Origin: Candidatus Levyibacteriota bacterium
GTDB lineage: Bacteria; Patescibacteriota; Microgenomatia; Levybacterales; UBA12049
Direction: 5' to 3'
Assembly (NCBI GenBank): GCA_027459725.1
Contig: DAIDHK010000001.1
Location: 3,411 to 67,410, forward strand
DNA length: 64,000 bases
The translations under genes were made by a program, and so were the position numbers. Shown one piece after another: positions 50,031-59,306 of the stretch; the first letter of the stretch is position 1, and the number at the start of each line of letters is the position of its first letter. The notes beneath the pieces were generated by a model. The model was not told where the DNA came from and searched no databases. It saw only the letters and a program-made list of their open reading frames with translations.

Positions 50031-51201
50031 ATTCCTCCCCCCTCTGAATTTGTTCCAAAACGGTATCCACAGAAATAACGCCAATCACTTTATTATTCTC
50101 GTCAACAACCGGCAGAAGACGTAAATTATATTCTGAGAATAATCTTAATATTTCTTTAAAGGGAGCGTCTGAGGTAACAGATTGAGCCGGAGTCGCCACC
50201 TCTCTAAGAGAAGAGTTTGCATCCAGATTAAATAGGTTTCTTACTGCAATTACACCTTGTATAACATCTTCATTATTAACTACTATTACAACTTCGGGTC
50301 GACGGCGCATTAAACGTAAAAAATCAATTGTTTCACCCACTGTTGTCTCTTCCTTTTCCCGATAAAAATTAACATCCATCAAACCCCCGGCAACATCGTC
50401 CGCATATGCCGATAATCGCCTGACATTTTGAACTTTATCCTGTTCCAGATTTTGGAATATTTCCTTACTAGTAAAAGGATTTAACTCTTTAAGAATATCA
50501 ACAATGTCTGCGACTGACATCTTTTGTACGATCTTTTTCAAGGAATCTTTGGGTAGAGTTTCCAAAATTGACTGTTGAGTTTCAGGATCCGCTTCACCTA
50601 ATGCCGCCGCTGCCATATGTGGATCAAGTAACTGTACTACACCCAGTCTTTCCTTAGTTCCTGCATCCTCTAAAATATCAGCAATCTCAGCCGGATGAAA
50701 GGCATTAAGACTATTATGACTTAATTTTAAACGAACCTGACCCATCTGATAATCAAAAGCTTCAATTAAAGTCCAGGGGATAGAAATGGTGCGTAAATTT
50801 AAAAAAGACCCCATACCCAGACGCCTTAACAAACCAGAAAATCCAATATCGATTCCTATAATTTTATAGACTCCATTTTTTTTCAAAATTACATCATTTA
50901 CGCGTACCAGACGTCTTCCCGTCACGTCAATCACCTGTTTATCAAGTAAATCTTCCGCCAGATAAAAATCTTTTTCATTATATGGGGAGAGTATAATATC
51001 TTCAGTCTCAATAAAAAATCTTTTTTCGGTAAACTTGACCTGATCAGTAGGCAGAGTGAACTTCTTGCCTTCTTTACGGATTAAAACTGTGGATACATTG
51101 GCGGTGGATAAATCGGCCGCCACACCGAAGTCTAAGACCTTTGCATATTCTCTTTGTCCTACATAAACTGGTCTGTTTAACAACTGGCTTAGATATACCA
51201 T
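50014..51201 (-). CDS. MgtE-like cytoplasmic protein (PRC-barrel, MgtE-N, CBS pair; no TM domain)
   Basis: LLDKQVIDVTGRRLVRVND, HPAEIADILE, AGGLM, LPVVD....GVISVD. Confidence 0.85.
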   Translation of the reverse strand: MVYLSQLLNRPVYVGQREYAKVLDFGVAADLSTANVSTVLIRKEGKKFTLPTDQVKFTEKRFFIETEDIILSPYNEKDFYLAEDLLDKQVIDVTGRRLVRVNDVILKKNGVYKIIGIDIGFSGLLRRLGMGSFLNLRTISIPWTLIEAFDYQMGQVRLKLSHNSLNAFHPAEIADILEDAGTKERLGVVQLLDPHMAAAALGEADPETQQSILETLPKDSLKKIVQKMSVADIVDILKELNPFTSKEIFQNLEQDKVQNVRRLSAYADDVAGGLMDVNFYREKEETTVGETIDFLRLMRRRPEVVIVVNNEDVIQGVIAVRNLFNLDANSSLREVATPAQSVTSDAPFKEILRLFSEYNLRLLPVVDENNKVIGVISVDTVLEQIQRGEEYEEPI

Positions 51202-51338
51202 ATAGCCCTCCTAAGAGTAACAGTGGAGAACTACATGAAAATTTTTGTCCAATTTAAATCACCAGTTTCAGCAACCTTTTAGGTGAACCAAAATACATAC
51301 CTGCCAATATACTCATGTCTATTCTCAACTCTAGATGA
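51202..51338 (-). promoter_or_regulatory. Structured 5' leader upstream of the Mg-transport operon (candidate cis-regulatory RNA)
   Basis: Promoter TTGACA-N18-GATAAT (51368-51339); nested pairings AGAGT/ACTCT, GAGAA/TTCTC, ACATGAG/TTCATGT, CACC/GGTG closing right at SD AGGAGG. Confidence 0.5.
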
Positions 51339-51382
51339 ATTATCCGCCTCAAATTAAGGATTTGTCAATAAGAAGAATAAGT

Positions 51383-52450
51383 TTATATCATCGGAGTTAC
51401 TAATTTACCAGTTGGTTCTATCATAATTTTTTCATTATCAACTATTTTATGACCGCGCAGATAAATTGAGACTATTTTCCCTTTTATCCGCATACCCGCA
51501 AATGGTGTCCACCCACATTTACTGACAACTTTCTGGTTAGTTAGGACATATGACTCTGAAGCATCAATTTCAACATAAGTATCCAATTGTTCAGGAATAG
51601 AAAATATTTTTCTCGGGTTGGTATTTGTAACTGTAACTAATGTCTCCAGACTGATTCTTTTCTCCGCTACCGCTGTAAACAGCAATGGTAACATCGTTTC
51701 TACTCCAGGTACACCAAAAGACGGTTTCTCTCCATTATCTTTTTCATCAATGGTGTGAGGGGCATGATCAGTTGCCACTATATCGATAATCCCTCTTCTT
51801 AGACCTTCCCACAGAACTTCCTGATCATTAACAGTCTGCAATGGCGGTTTCATAATACCATAACTACCAAGTCTCTTTACATCGTCTGATTTAAGAAATA
51901 AATGATGGGGTGTCACTTCAGCTGTAATATTCATCCCCTGTTCTTTAGCTTTTTTTATTTCATGCACTTCTGAGGCCAAGCTGACATGCGCGATATGCAA
52001 TTTAGTATTGAACTTTTTCGCCAGTGCAATCGCTTTGCTCATTGTTTCACCTTCCGCGTGGACAATTAATGTTTTTCCTTCCGGAATTTTGGCAAAAATA
52101 GCTTGTGCCTGCTCATCTGTTACAATTAAATTCCCGGTTGTATGATTCATATATAACTTATATCCAAACACACGATCTTTAACTGTAGTAAAATAAGGTA
52201 TTGCCTCTGGAGTAGCTGCAAAATAGAATCCAAGATCAGAATAGATACGGTTCGCTGCTAAAACAACTTTATTTTCCAGAGCCTGAGGACTGTTAGTAGG
52301 TTGAGGGTTATTGGGCATATCCACAACTAATGTAACCCCGCCTGAAACGGCTGCTTTTGTACCACTCGTCATGTCTTCTTTTTGAGTGGCTCCCGGCTCT
52401 CTGAGATGCACATGCGCATCAATAACACCCGGTATAGTAATAAGTTTCAT
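51383..52450 (-). CDS. pyrC: Dihydroorotase
   Basis: PGVIDAHVHLREPG, DMPN, HAE, HIAHVS, EVTPHHL, ATDHAPH; start ATG 52450. Confidence 0.92.
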   Translation of the reverse strand: MKLITIPGVIDAHVHLREPGATQKEDMTSGTKAAVSGGVTLVVDMPNNPQPTNSPQALENKVVLAANRIYSDLGFYFAATPEAIPYFTTVKDRVFGYKLYMNHTTGNLIVTDEQAQAIFAKIPEGKTLIVHAEGETMSKAIALAKKFNTKLHIAHVSLASEVHEIKKAKEQGMNITAEVTPHHLFLKSDDVKRLGSYGIMKPPLQTVNDQEVLWEGLRRGIIDIVATDHAPHTIDEKDNGEKPSFGVPGVETMLPLLFTAVAEKRISLETLVTVTNTNPRKIFSIPEQLDTYVEIDASESYVLTNQKVVSKCGWTPFAGMRIKGKIVSIYLRGHKIVDNEKIMIEPTGKLVTPMI

Positions 52451-52472
52451 ACTATTATTTATAATCAACTTT

Positions 52473-53543
52473 CTACTCAATATTCTTCTTAATTTCCTGA
52501 GCCAGTAACGGATTCCACATTGCTCCGGTTGCTGACATTACACTATCAGCACCTGCTTTAATATAATCAAAATAATCCTGCGGTTCCATAACTCCTCCAA
52601 TCCCTTCAATAGAAAATGAAAATCCTTTTTTCTCACGAATTTTCTTCAGTCGTTTTACTGTTTCAAGACCAGCCCATTTAATTCCTGTCCCGCATACACC
52701 CGAGCGGGCTCTGCCTTTACCTGGTAATGCCTGCTCTCCTTTATCATTAACAATGGCTGCCTGCAGCGTGTTAATACCGGCAATCGCGTTAGCATATTCA
52801 TTGGCAATTTCTGCTACTTTCTCCAACTGCTTATCATCCTGGTAATATCCTACCTTTAAAGTTAAAGGGAGATTTCCAATGACCTTACGAATACCCCTGG
52901 CTATTTTCCCCGTAATTTCTAGGTTGTAACAGACTAAGCCTTCGTTTCCAATATTGGGACAGGATAAATTGGTTTCCAGTAATGTGACTCCCGTTTCCAC
53001 AGCCAGCTTTGCCGCCAGAACATAGTCCTCTATAAATTCTTCTTGCGTCTGGTCGGGTTTAACGGTGCCCATAAAGCTCATAACCAGAACCTGTCCTCTC
53101 CCCGCGTAACTAATTGCTTTTTTTGCATCTTCCTGCCAGACTTCTACATTTTTTGAGGGTACACCAAATGAATTAGTAATTGATAAAGACCGGGTATAAT
53201 TGGTATCCGCTTGCAAAGGATTTTTTAGAACATCTAAGGAAAGATCACCGGCGGGATGAATAGCCAAAACATTGGGGAAAGGGTGACAGGGGAAAAAATC
53301 TGTTCTGACCGTCTTATATACCACTACATCAAAGCCCTTCTGGAAAGCTGCTTTAACAAAATTACTGTTTAAAACTGGTCCGGCGGGAATACCAAAAGGA
53401 AGATAAACTTTTTGACCCAGATAATCTTTAGCAGGCTCTCCTTTCTGCTGATATATTTCGCCATTCACAAAAGCGCCAAACGGTCCATTATCATAATTAT
53501 CTTCATAAGATTTTTTAGGATCATAAAATGGAATTTGTAACAT
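52473..53543 (-). CDS. pyrD: Dihydroorotate dehydrogenase (divergent)
   Basis: PAG, YKT, TNSFG, NLSCPN, LK, INT, GIGG; located in a pyr operon. Confidence 0.85.
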   Translation of the reverse strand: MLQIPFYDPKKSYEDNYDNGPFGAFVNGEIYQQKGEPAKDYLGQKVYLPFGIPAGPVLNSNFVKAAFQKGFDVVVYKTVRTDFFPCHPFPNVLAIHPAGDLSLDVLKNPLQADTNYTRSLSITNSFGVPSKNVEVWQEDAKKAISYAGRGQVLVMSFMGTVKPDQTQEEFIEDYVLAAKLAVETGVTLLETNLSCPNIGNEGLVCYNLEITGKIARGIRKVIGNLPLTLKVGYYQDDKQLEKVAEIANEYANAIAGINTLQAAIVNDKGEQALPGKGRARSGVCGTGIKWAGLETVKRLKKIREKKGFSFSIEGIGGVMEPQDYFDYIKAGADSVMSATGAMWNPLLAQEIKKNIE

Positions 53544-53547
53544 ACAA

Positions 53548-54273
53548 TTATTTTTTCAGATAATCGATTACTTCTCTGTATTGCCCCTGGGAAATTTGCT
53601 TACTATCTTTTAAGTATTCCAAAATTGATGTAAAATTCATTGCAAAAAATGTTTTATAACCCATTTCCTCAATTTTGACCACTCCGCCCTGTTGGCGATC
53701 AATTAAGACAACCAGCCCTATTACTTTATATCCCAGATCATCAGCAATTTTTAATGCTTCGACCTTGGAATTTCCATGTACTATCAGATCATCAATTAAA
53801 ACAATCTTTTTGCCATTGCCTTTGGGTGCGTTTTGTTTGGCCACAACCGCTCTTTTCTGATCTCCATCTACCTTGTCAAAAATTTGAACTATAGGAACAC
53901 CGGTTGTACTCGAATAGCTTTTGATAAAAGCATCTGCTGCTTTAGGAATCGAAGTACAAAAATCAGCTTTTTCCGGCAGCTGTATTTGCGCCAATACTTC
54001 ACCAATTTTCGTATTTAAATTTTCTGGCAGACTTCTAAGATTAATATAAATGGGAGATAATGGGGCATCCGGTTTCTGTTCATGGATCTTCAAAGCGAAT
54101 TCTTCTGGAGTAAGCGCAAAATCAAACGGACTGGTATCCCGGTAGATTACATTAAATGAATAAGTACCATCAGCATTTGACGTTCTGCGCCTAACTTTAG
54201 CATTGGTTTTGGTAGAAACAAACAAATTAATTAATTCTTTTTGCGACTGAGTTAATTGTTTGGTATCCATCAT
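53548..54273 (-). CDS. pyrE: Orotate phosphoribosyltransferase with N-terminal extension
   Basis: LSPIYINLR, VLIDDLI..GNS, VLIDRQQGG. Confidence 0.85.
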   Translation of the reverse strand: MMDTKQLTQSQKELINLFVSTKTNAKVRRRTSNADGTYSFNVIYRDTSPFDFALTPEEFALKIHEQKPDAPLSPIYINLRSLPENLNTKIGEVLAQIQLPEKADFCTSIPKAADAFIKSYSSTTGVPIVQIFDKVDGDQKRAVVAKQNAPKGNGKKIVLIDDLIVHGNSKVEALKIADDLGYKVIGLVVLIDRQQGGVVKIEEMGYKTFFAMNFTSILEYLKDSKQISQGQYREVIDYLKK

Positions 54274-55115
54274 AGAAAAGAAATTATTTGCTGATATAAA
54301 CGCTGAGCTTCTGATTTCGCTGCCTGGGCATAGTCTATACCATTGGAGGCAAAAATTATACTGCGACCGGCATTTATAATCATACCCTGATTTTTACTGT
54401 TTTTACCTGCTTTAACTGAGGATTCCAGATCTCCTCCCTGTGCCCCGATTCCCGGAATCAGTATCGGCATATCTCCGGCAATCTGTCTGACTTTTCTTAA
54501 CTCTTCAGGATAATTTGCACCGACTACCATCCCGCAGTTTCCATATCTATTCCATTTTTGGGAAATGTTGATAGCTACTTTCTGATAAAGCGGAATTCTC
54601 ATCCCGTTATCCTCAACCACCAAATCCTGAAATTCTGCTGAGCCGGGATTAGAAGTTTTAACCAATAAGATTACCCCCTTATCCTTTCTTTCCAGAAAAG
54701 GACGCAGCGCATCTTCACCCAGATAAGAATGAAGTGTAATTGCATCGACCTTTAAAATCTCGAATGCGGCAATTGAGTATCCATTATTAGTATTACCGAT
54801 ATCTCCCCGTTTAGCATCAAGAATTACTGGAATTAACGGATAATGTTCGTGGATATACGCAACAGTTTGCTGTAACACCGAAAATCCTTCTGACCCGTAC
54901 ATTTCATAGAAAGCAATATTAGGTTTAAAAGCACAGACATACTCTGCGGTTGCGTCGATAATGGATTTATTAAACTCAATAATTTGCTGTGAAATAGACT
55001 TAAAGTTGCTAGTAATGACAGCTGGTAATTTATCAACTTGAGGATCAAGTCCCACACATAAGAACTTATTTTTCTCCCAGTTTTTAAATAACTTTTCTGT
55101 AAAAATCTGCTCCAT
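54270..55115 (-). CDS. pyrF: Orotidine-5'-phosphate decarboxylase (subfamily 2)
   Basis: LCVGLDP, FKPNIAFYE, ILDAKRGDIGNT, KTSNPGS, IPGIGAQGG. Confidence 0.95.
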   Translation of the reverse strand: MEQIFTEKLFKNWEKNKFLCVGLDPQVDKLPAVITSNFKSISQQIIEFNKSIIDATAEYVCAFKPNIAFYEMYGSEGFSVLQQTVAYIHEHYPLIPVILDAKRGDIGNTNNGYSIAAFEILKVDAITLHSYLGEDALRPFLERKDKGVILLVKTSNPGSAEFQDLVVEDNGMRIPLYQKVAINISQKWNRYGNCGMVVGANYPEELRKVRQIAGDMPILIPGIGAQGGDLESSVKAGKNSKNQGMIINAGRSIIFASNGIDYAQAAKSEAQRLYQQIISFL

Positions 55116-55212
55116 GTGTTATCCGAACTATAATGTAAACATATTTTGTTGTCAATGAATTCAACACAATTTTAAATTAACCTGCTACAATAGTAACTCG
55201 AACATCAACATT

Positions 55213-56247
55213 ATGCCCCATAAAGAAAAGAAAAAGGTACCCTTGATTATAAGACTGGCGGTATATTTAATCGCTGCTGTTATTTTTTTTATTTTCGGTT
55301 ACAGTTTTTATATCCTAACACGTGTACAGCAGTTTGTCACCAGCAGTACATCCCCAAAGATTGCCGTTACCCCCAGTGTTAATCTTTCTTCTTTGCCTAA
55401 TCAAACCAACCTTTTACTTTTAGGTAGTGACAATGATCAGAAATTTAGCGGTAATCCTCTTACACAAACGATGATGGTAGTGCATTTCGACTATGCTAAA
55501 AAAGAGATTGATATGTTTTCCATTCCACGCGATCTGTGGGTAAGAATGCCCAGTCTGACCTCATATGGTAAAATTGACCAGGCAGCAGAATATAACGGTA
55601 TACCATCCGCAATCTCAGTCGTAGAACAGACATTTGGTATTCCTATTGATCACTACGCCTGGGTAGGATTATATGGTTTTATAAAAAGTATTGATGCAGT
55701 TGGAGGAGTTAATATTGATGCTGTCCATCCAGTTTTAGATAATGCATATCCTACAGATATTAACAGCAGTAACCCATACGGCATAAAAAGACTGGATATT
55801 CAAGCAGGTATGCAGCATATGAATGGTGAGCAGGCATTAGAGTATGTAAGATCACGTCATGAAGATCTGATAGGTGATTTTGGCCGCACACAACGTCAAA
55901 GACAGCTTCTGCTTACATTGAAACAGACCTTACTTCAATCAAAATCATCTTTATTGGACGTTCCAGCAATCTTTGACAGCATGAAAGGACAGATTAAAAC
56001 TGATATTAATCCTTTGATTGCCATGCAGTTGGCAACCTTTTATATTACTAATAAAGGGAGCATTACACAAAAACAATATACCCTTACTCCCGGAGAGTAC
56101 TCCCAAGTAGGTAATTCCACAGACGGACAAAGTATTGTCATCGGAGATGCCACCAGCTCTTCTATGCTGGTAGGAAAAATTTTTGGAAGTAAAGCAGCAC
56201 ATATTACTTATCACAGCTTAACCAATGAGAAAGGAATCCAACCATGA
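55213..56247 (+). CDS. LCP (LytR-CpsA-Psr) family protein
   Basis: LLLGSD, SIPRDLWV, IDAVGGV, ALEYVRSR, DFGRTQRQ. Confidence 0.92.
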   Translation: MPHKEKKKVPLIIRLAVYLIAAVIFFIFGYSFYILTRVQQFVTSSTSPKIAVTPSVNLSSLPNQTNLLLLGSDNDQKFSGNPLTQTMMVVHFDYAKKEIDMFSIPRDLWVRMPSLTSYGKIDQAAEYNGIPSAISVVEQTFGIPIDHYAWVGLYGFIKSIDAVGGVNIDAVHPVLDNAYPTDINSSNPYGIKRLDIQAGMQHMNGEQALEYVRSRHEDLIGDFGRTQRQRQLLLTLKQTLLQSKSSLLDVPAIFDSMKGQIKTDINPLIAMQLATFYITNKGSITQKQYTLTPGEYSQVGNSTDGQSIVIGDATSSSMLVGKIFGSKAAHITYHSLTNEKGIQP

Positions 56248-57245
56248 TCAAAAAACGGACCTTCATTTTAGTAGCAATAGTGTTTCTGCTGCTAGGATAT
56301 TTCACAGCCTCACAGCATACCCAAAAAAAAGCCCAGTCTTCTCCTATTCAATTTTATAATTCACAATTGGAGCCAACTGATAATATTATTCTGACAAGCT
56401 CGGGTAACATTTACTCCCTTTCTGCTAAAAATGCTTCACAGATAACCAAAAATACAAATTTAATCGAACCAATAACCATAGGTAATAATTTTGCAGGAGT
56501 ATATAAGCAGACAAATTATTCCTCACTGATAGAATATGATTCTTCCGGTAAAGAAATAAAAACTCTTTTTGACGGCAATGCGCAGAAAATAGATAACATG
56601 CTGTGGATAACCGACCCGGCCATAGATCCCACCCAAACACAAATCGCCTTTGTGTCAGATCAGAACCGTTTAATTACAGGTTTACCCGATAACGCACTTT
56701 TTCTTCTAAACCTGTCTAGTGGTAAAACATCGACTATTGCTTTACCTGATCATTATTCAGGTGGCATTGCTCATCCGGTCTGGGACATGGCAGATCCTAC
56801 AGTACTTTTATATGATTATTATCAATATACCCCCAATACTCTTGAACCATACTCAACGATCATGGAATATGATACTAACACAAACAATTCATTTCCTCTT
56901 ACCTCTAGTTCGCAGAATGTTTTCCAGTCATCTCTTTCACCTGATGGCAAACATATCATGTATTTACAGCGCAACAGTAATGGCCTTGATGTCTCATTAT
57001 ATCTGGCCGATTTCTCCAATAATGGTATAACCAACCCGGTTAAACTCGCCAGCGGAGATTATGCCTATCCTGAATTTTCATATACTCTTGGATACATATA
57101 TTATCTCTCAGCGGATGCGAATGACGGATATAATTTATTTAAATCTAAAGTGGTAAAAAACAAACTAACAGATGTTACTCCCCTCACCACAGGATCTAAC
57201 TTGCAAGGCAATTCTTCATATGAAATAAATGAAATCCAACCTTAG
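56244..57245 (+). CDS. Secreted TolB-like beta-propeller protein
   Basis: N-terminal TM/signal; PD40-like repeats (IAFVSD, HPVW, SPDGKHI, YPEFS); overlaps the LCP stop. Confidence 0.75.
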   Translation: MIKKRTFILVAIVFLLLGYFTASQHTQKKAQSSPIQFYNSQLEPTDNIILTSSGNIYSLSAKNASQITKNTNLIEPITIGNNFAGVYKQTNYSSLIEYDSSGKEIKTLFDGNAQKIDNMLWITDPAIDPTQTQIAFVSDQNRLITGLPDNALFLLNLSSGKTSTIALPDHYSGGIAHPVWDMADPTVLLYDYYQYTPNTLEPYSTIMEYDTNTNNSFPLTSSSQNVFQSSLSPDGKHIMYLQRNSNGLDVSLYLADFSNNGITNPVKLASGDYAYPEFSYTLGYIYYLSADANDGYNLFKSKVVKNKLTDVTPLTTGSNLQGNSSYEINEIQP

Positions 57246-57826
57246 TCCTGTAGTAAGTATTCCTGTATTAATTTTCTTTCACCGACAAAACCTGGAACAT
57301 CTCTCATAAACATAAATTTTCTCAAACTATATTCCAAAGGTAAAAAGTTATTCTTTAGATAATCCTTAGCCTCTAATATCAAACTATCATTAAGATTATA
57401 AAGAACTGATAGATGTGGAGTATAGTTCTCCCTTTCATGTCGGGTAATCACATCTGTAGTAAAAGGAGCAATTGCTTCTAAAATCTGTAGATGTAAACTT
57501 TGAATCTCAGGTGTTCTTTCCACTTTAACTACCAGAATGTTTCCCAATTTTGGAGATGTAAATACATCAAGATCAGTTCCAATAATATCAATTGGCCCAA
57601 ACTTTATATCAGCTAATCTCGTTTTTACGGCCTCTTCAGCTGAAATATCTTCTAAATAAAATTTTTCTTTAAGTGTCAGATGGGCAAGATTTTTTAAGAC
57701 AAAATTTTCGGGCAAAGATTTTCGGATATCGAATAAATTATCGAATTTTTTTTTTGCTGTCACTACTTTTTGATTGACCATATCAGAACTTAAAGAAGTA
57801 ATTGCATATGACAAACTAATGTCCAT
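57242..57826 (-). CDS. 2H phosphoesterase (2'-5' RNA ligase family)
   Basis: Two HxT/S motifs: AHLTL and TPHLSV. Confidence 0.8.
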   Translation of the reverse strand: MDISLSYAITSLSSDMVNQKVVTAKKKFDNLFDIRKSLPENFVLKNLAHLTLKEKFYLEDISAEEAVKTRLADIKFGPIDIIGTDLDVFTSPKLGNILVVKVERTPEIQSLHLQILEAIAPFTTDVITRHERENYTPHLSVLYNLNDSLILEAKDYLKNNFLPLEYSLRKFMFMRDVPGFVGERKLIQEYLLQD

Positions 57827-57837
57827 ATATTTAGAAA

Positions 57838-58461
57838 TTATTTAGGCAGATGACTTGTATCATTGCATGTAATCAACTTCCACTTATTGTCTTCATAGTT
57901 ACATACAGTAACTCCTGTATTGGAAGTTTTTAAAAACTTCCTAAACCTGTCAAAGATAACGGAAGGAAAGCTATTTTCAAAGGCCATCAGACAAAGCAGC
58001 ATAGTTATAACGTGTCCATGTGTCACCACTAAAACATGATCTTTTTTAATATTTTCAATTTTTTTCAGTACAAGTTCAATCCTGTCTTTAAACTCAAAAA
58101 ATGTTTCTTCATCCGAATATCTGAAACGGGGATTATCCCAATTTGCAAAAATTTTATTTTTAATATTCACTACCTCCGGATCATCCGTTTTTCTCCCTAC
58201 GATAATGGTAGGTCTTCTAAACTCAACTAATTGAGCATCTAAATCTGGGTTTTTATGTAATTTTTTGGCAATAGCTTCTGCAGTCTGTCTCGCCCTGGTA
58301 TATGTACTGGTGAGAACGATGTCAATAGTAATATTACTAAATCTTTTTGCTACCTGTTCTGCCTGCTTTAAACCATTTGCGGACAATTCCGCACTCCCAT
58401 CCTGATGAATACCCAATCTGTTTAAATTGCTTTCACCATGGCGTATCAGATATAACTTCAT
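57838..58461 (-). CDS. Histidine phosphatase family protein
   Basis: YLIRHGES, RARQTA, VVTHG, NDTSHL. Confidence 0.92.
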   Translation of the reverse strand: MKLYLIRHGESNLNRLGIHQDGSAELSANGLKQAEQVAKRFSNITIDIVLTSTYTRARQTAEAIAKKLHKNPDLDAQLVEFRRPTIIVGRKTDDPEVVNIKNKIFANWDNPRFRYSDEETFFEFKDRIELVLKKIENIKKDHVLVVTHGHVITMLLCLMAFENSFPSVIFDRFRKFLKTSNTGVTVCNYEDNKWKLITCNDTSHLPK

Positions 58462-58523
58462 TCATGTAATTATAACAGAGAGTGGCAATGGCCTATTGTT
58501 TAGAATTAGAGTAGAATATAAAA

Positions 58524-59306
58524 ATGTTTCAAACTTTTGTCTTAAAATTTTTTAACACGAAGATCCTGCGAAAAGTTCCTGAAATTACCATATTTTTTTG
58601 GATCATAAAGCTTTTAACTACAGCCGCCGGAGAGTCAACTTCTGACTTTATGGTCCATCGGCTTGACCCGATAATTGCCGTTTTAATTGGAGCGGGTGCT
58701 TTTACAATCTCAATCATTTTACAATTCTGGGTTAAAAAATATATTCCTTTTGTTTACTGGCTTGCCATTACAATGGTCGCCGTTTTTGGCACGATGGTCG
58801 CTGATGTCCTACATGTGGGATTAGGAATTCCCTATGCTGTATCCTCAACACTTTTTTTCATTGCTTTAATAGTCATTCTTTTTGCCTGGTATTATAGTGA
58901 GAAGACGTTATCCATTCATAGTATTAATACACGCAAGAGAGAAGTATTCTACTGGCTAACAGTCATGGCAACATTTGCTCTGGGCACCGCTGCTGGTGAT
59001 ATGACAGCCACTACACTTCAATTAGGTTATTTGACATCAGGTATTGCCTTTGGTATTTTATTTCTTCTTCCAGTTTTAGCATATAAGTATTTCCATGCCA
59101 ATGAAGTATTCACCTTCTGGTTTGCCTATATCATGACGCGCCCGTTTGGCGCCTCTTTTGCCGACTGGACGGGGCGGACTCCTGATTTGGGTGGAATTGG
59201 CTGGGGTACGGGTAAAGTAAGTATAGGACTGGGTATCCTGATTATTCTATTCGTAATTTATCTCAGCGTCTCTCATATCGATTTAAAACGTAATTCTGCG
59301 AGTTAG
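58524..59306 (+). CDS. DUF347/COG4705 membrane protein
   Basis: KVPEIT..FWIIKLLTT..GE, FGTM.AD, FALGTAAGD, FWFAYIMTRPFGASFAD. Confidence 0.85.
   Translation: MFQTFVLKFFNTKILRKVPEITIFFWIIKLLTTAAGESTSDFMVHRLDPIIAVLIGAGAFTISIILQFWVKKYIPFVYWLAITMVAVFGTMVADVLHVGLGIPYAVSSTLFFIALIVILFAWYYSEKTLSIHSINTRKREVFYWLTVMATFALGTAAGDMTATTLQLGYLTSGIAFGILFLLPVLAYKYFHANEVFTFWFAYIMTRPFGASFADWTGRTPDLGGIGWGTGKVSIGLGILIILFVIYLSVSHIDLKRNSAS

Noticed and set aside
51202-51338. Canonical M-box (ykoK) riboswitch
   Set aside because: The conserved M-box sequence blocks were not recognised; kept only as an unclassified structured leader.
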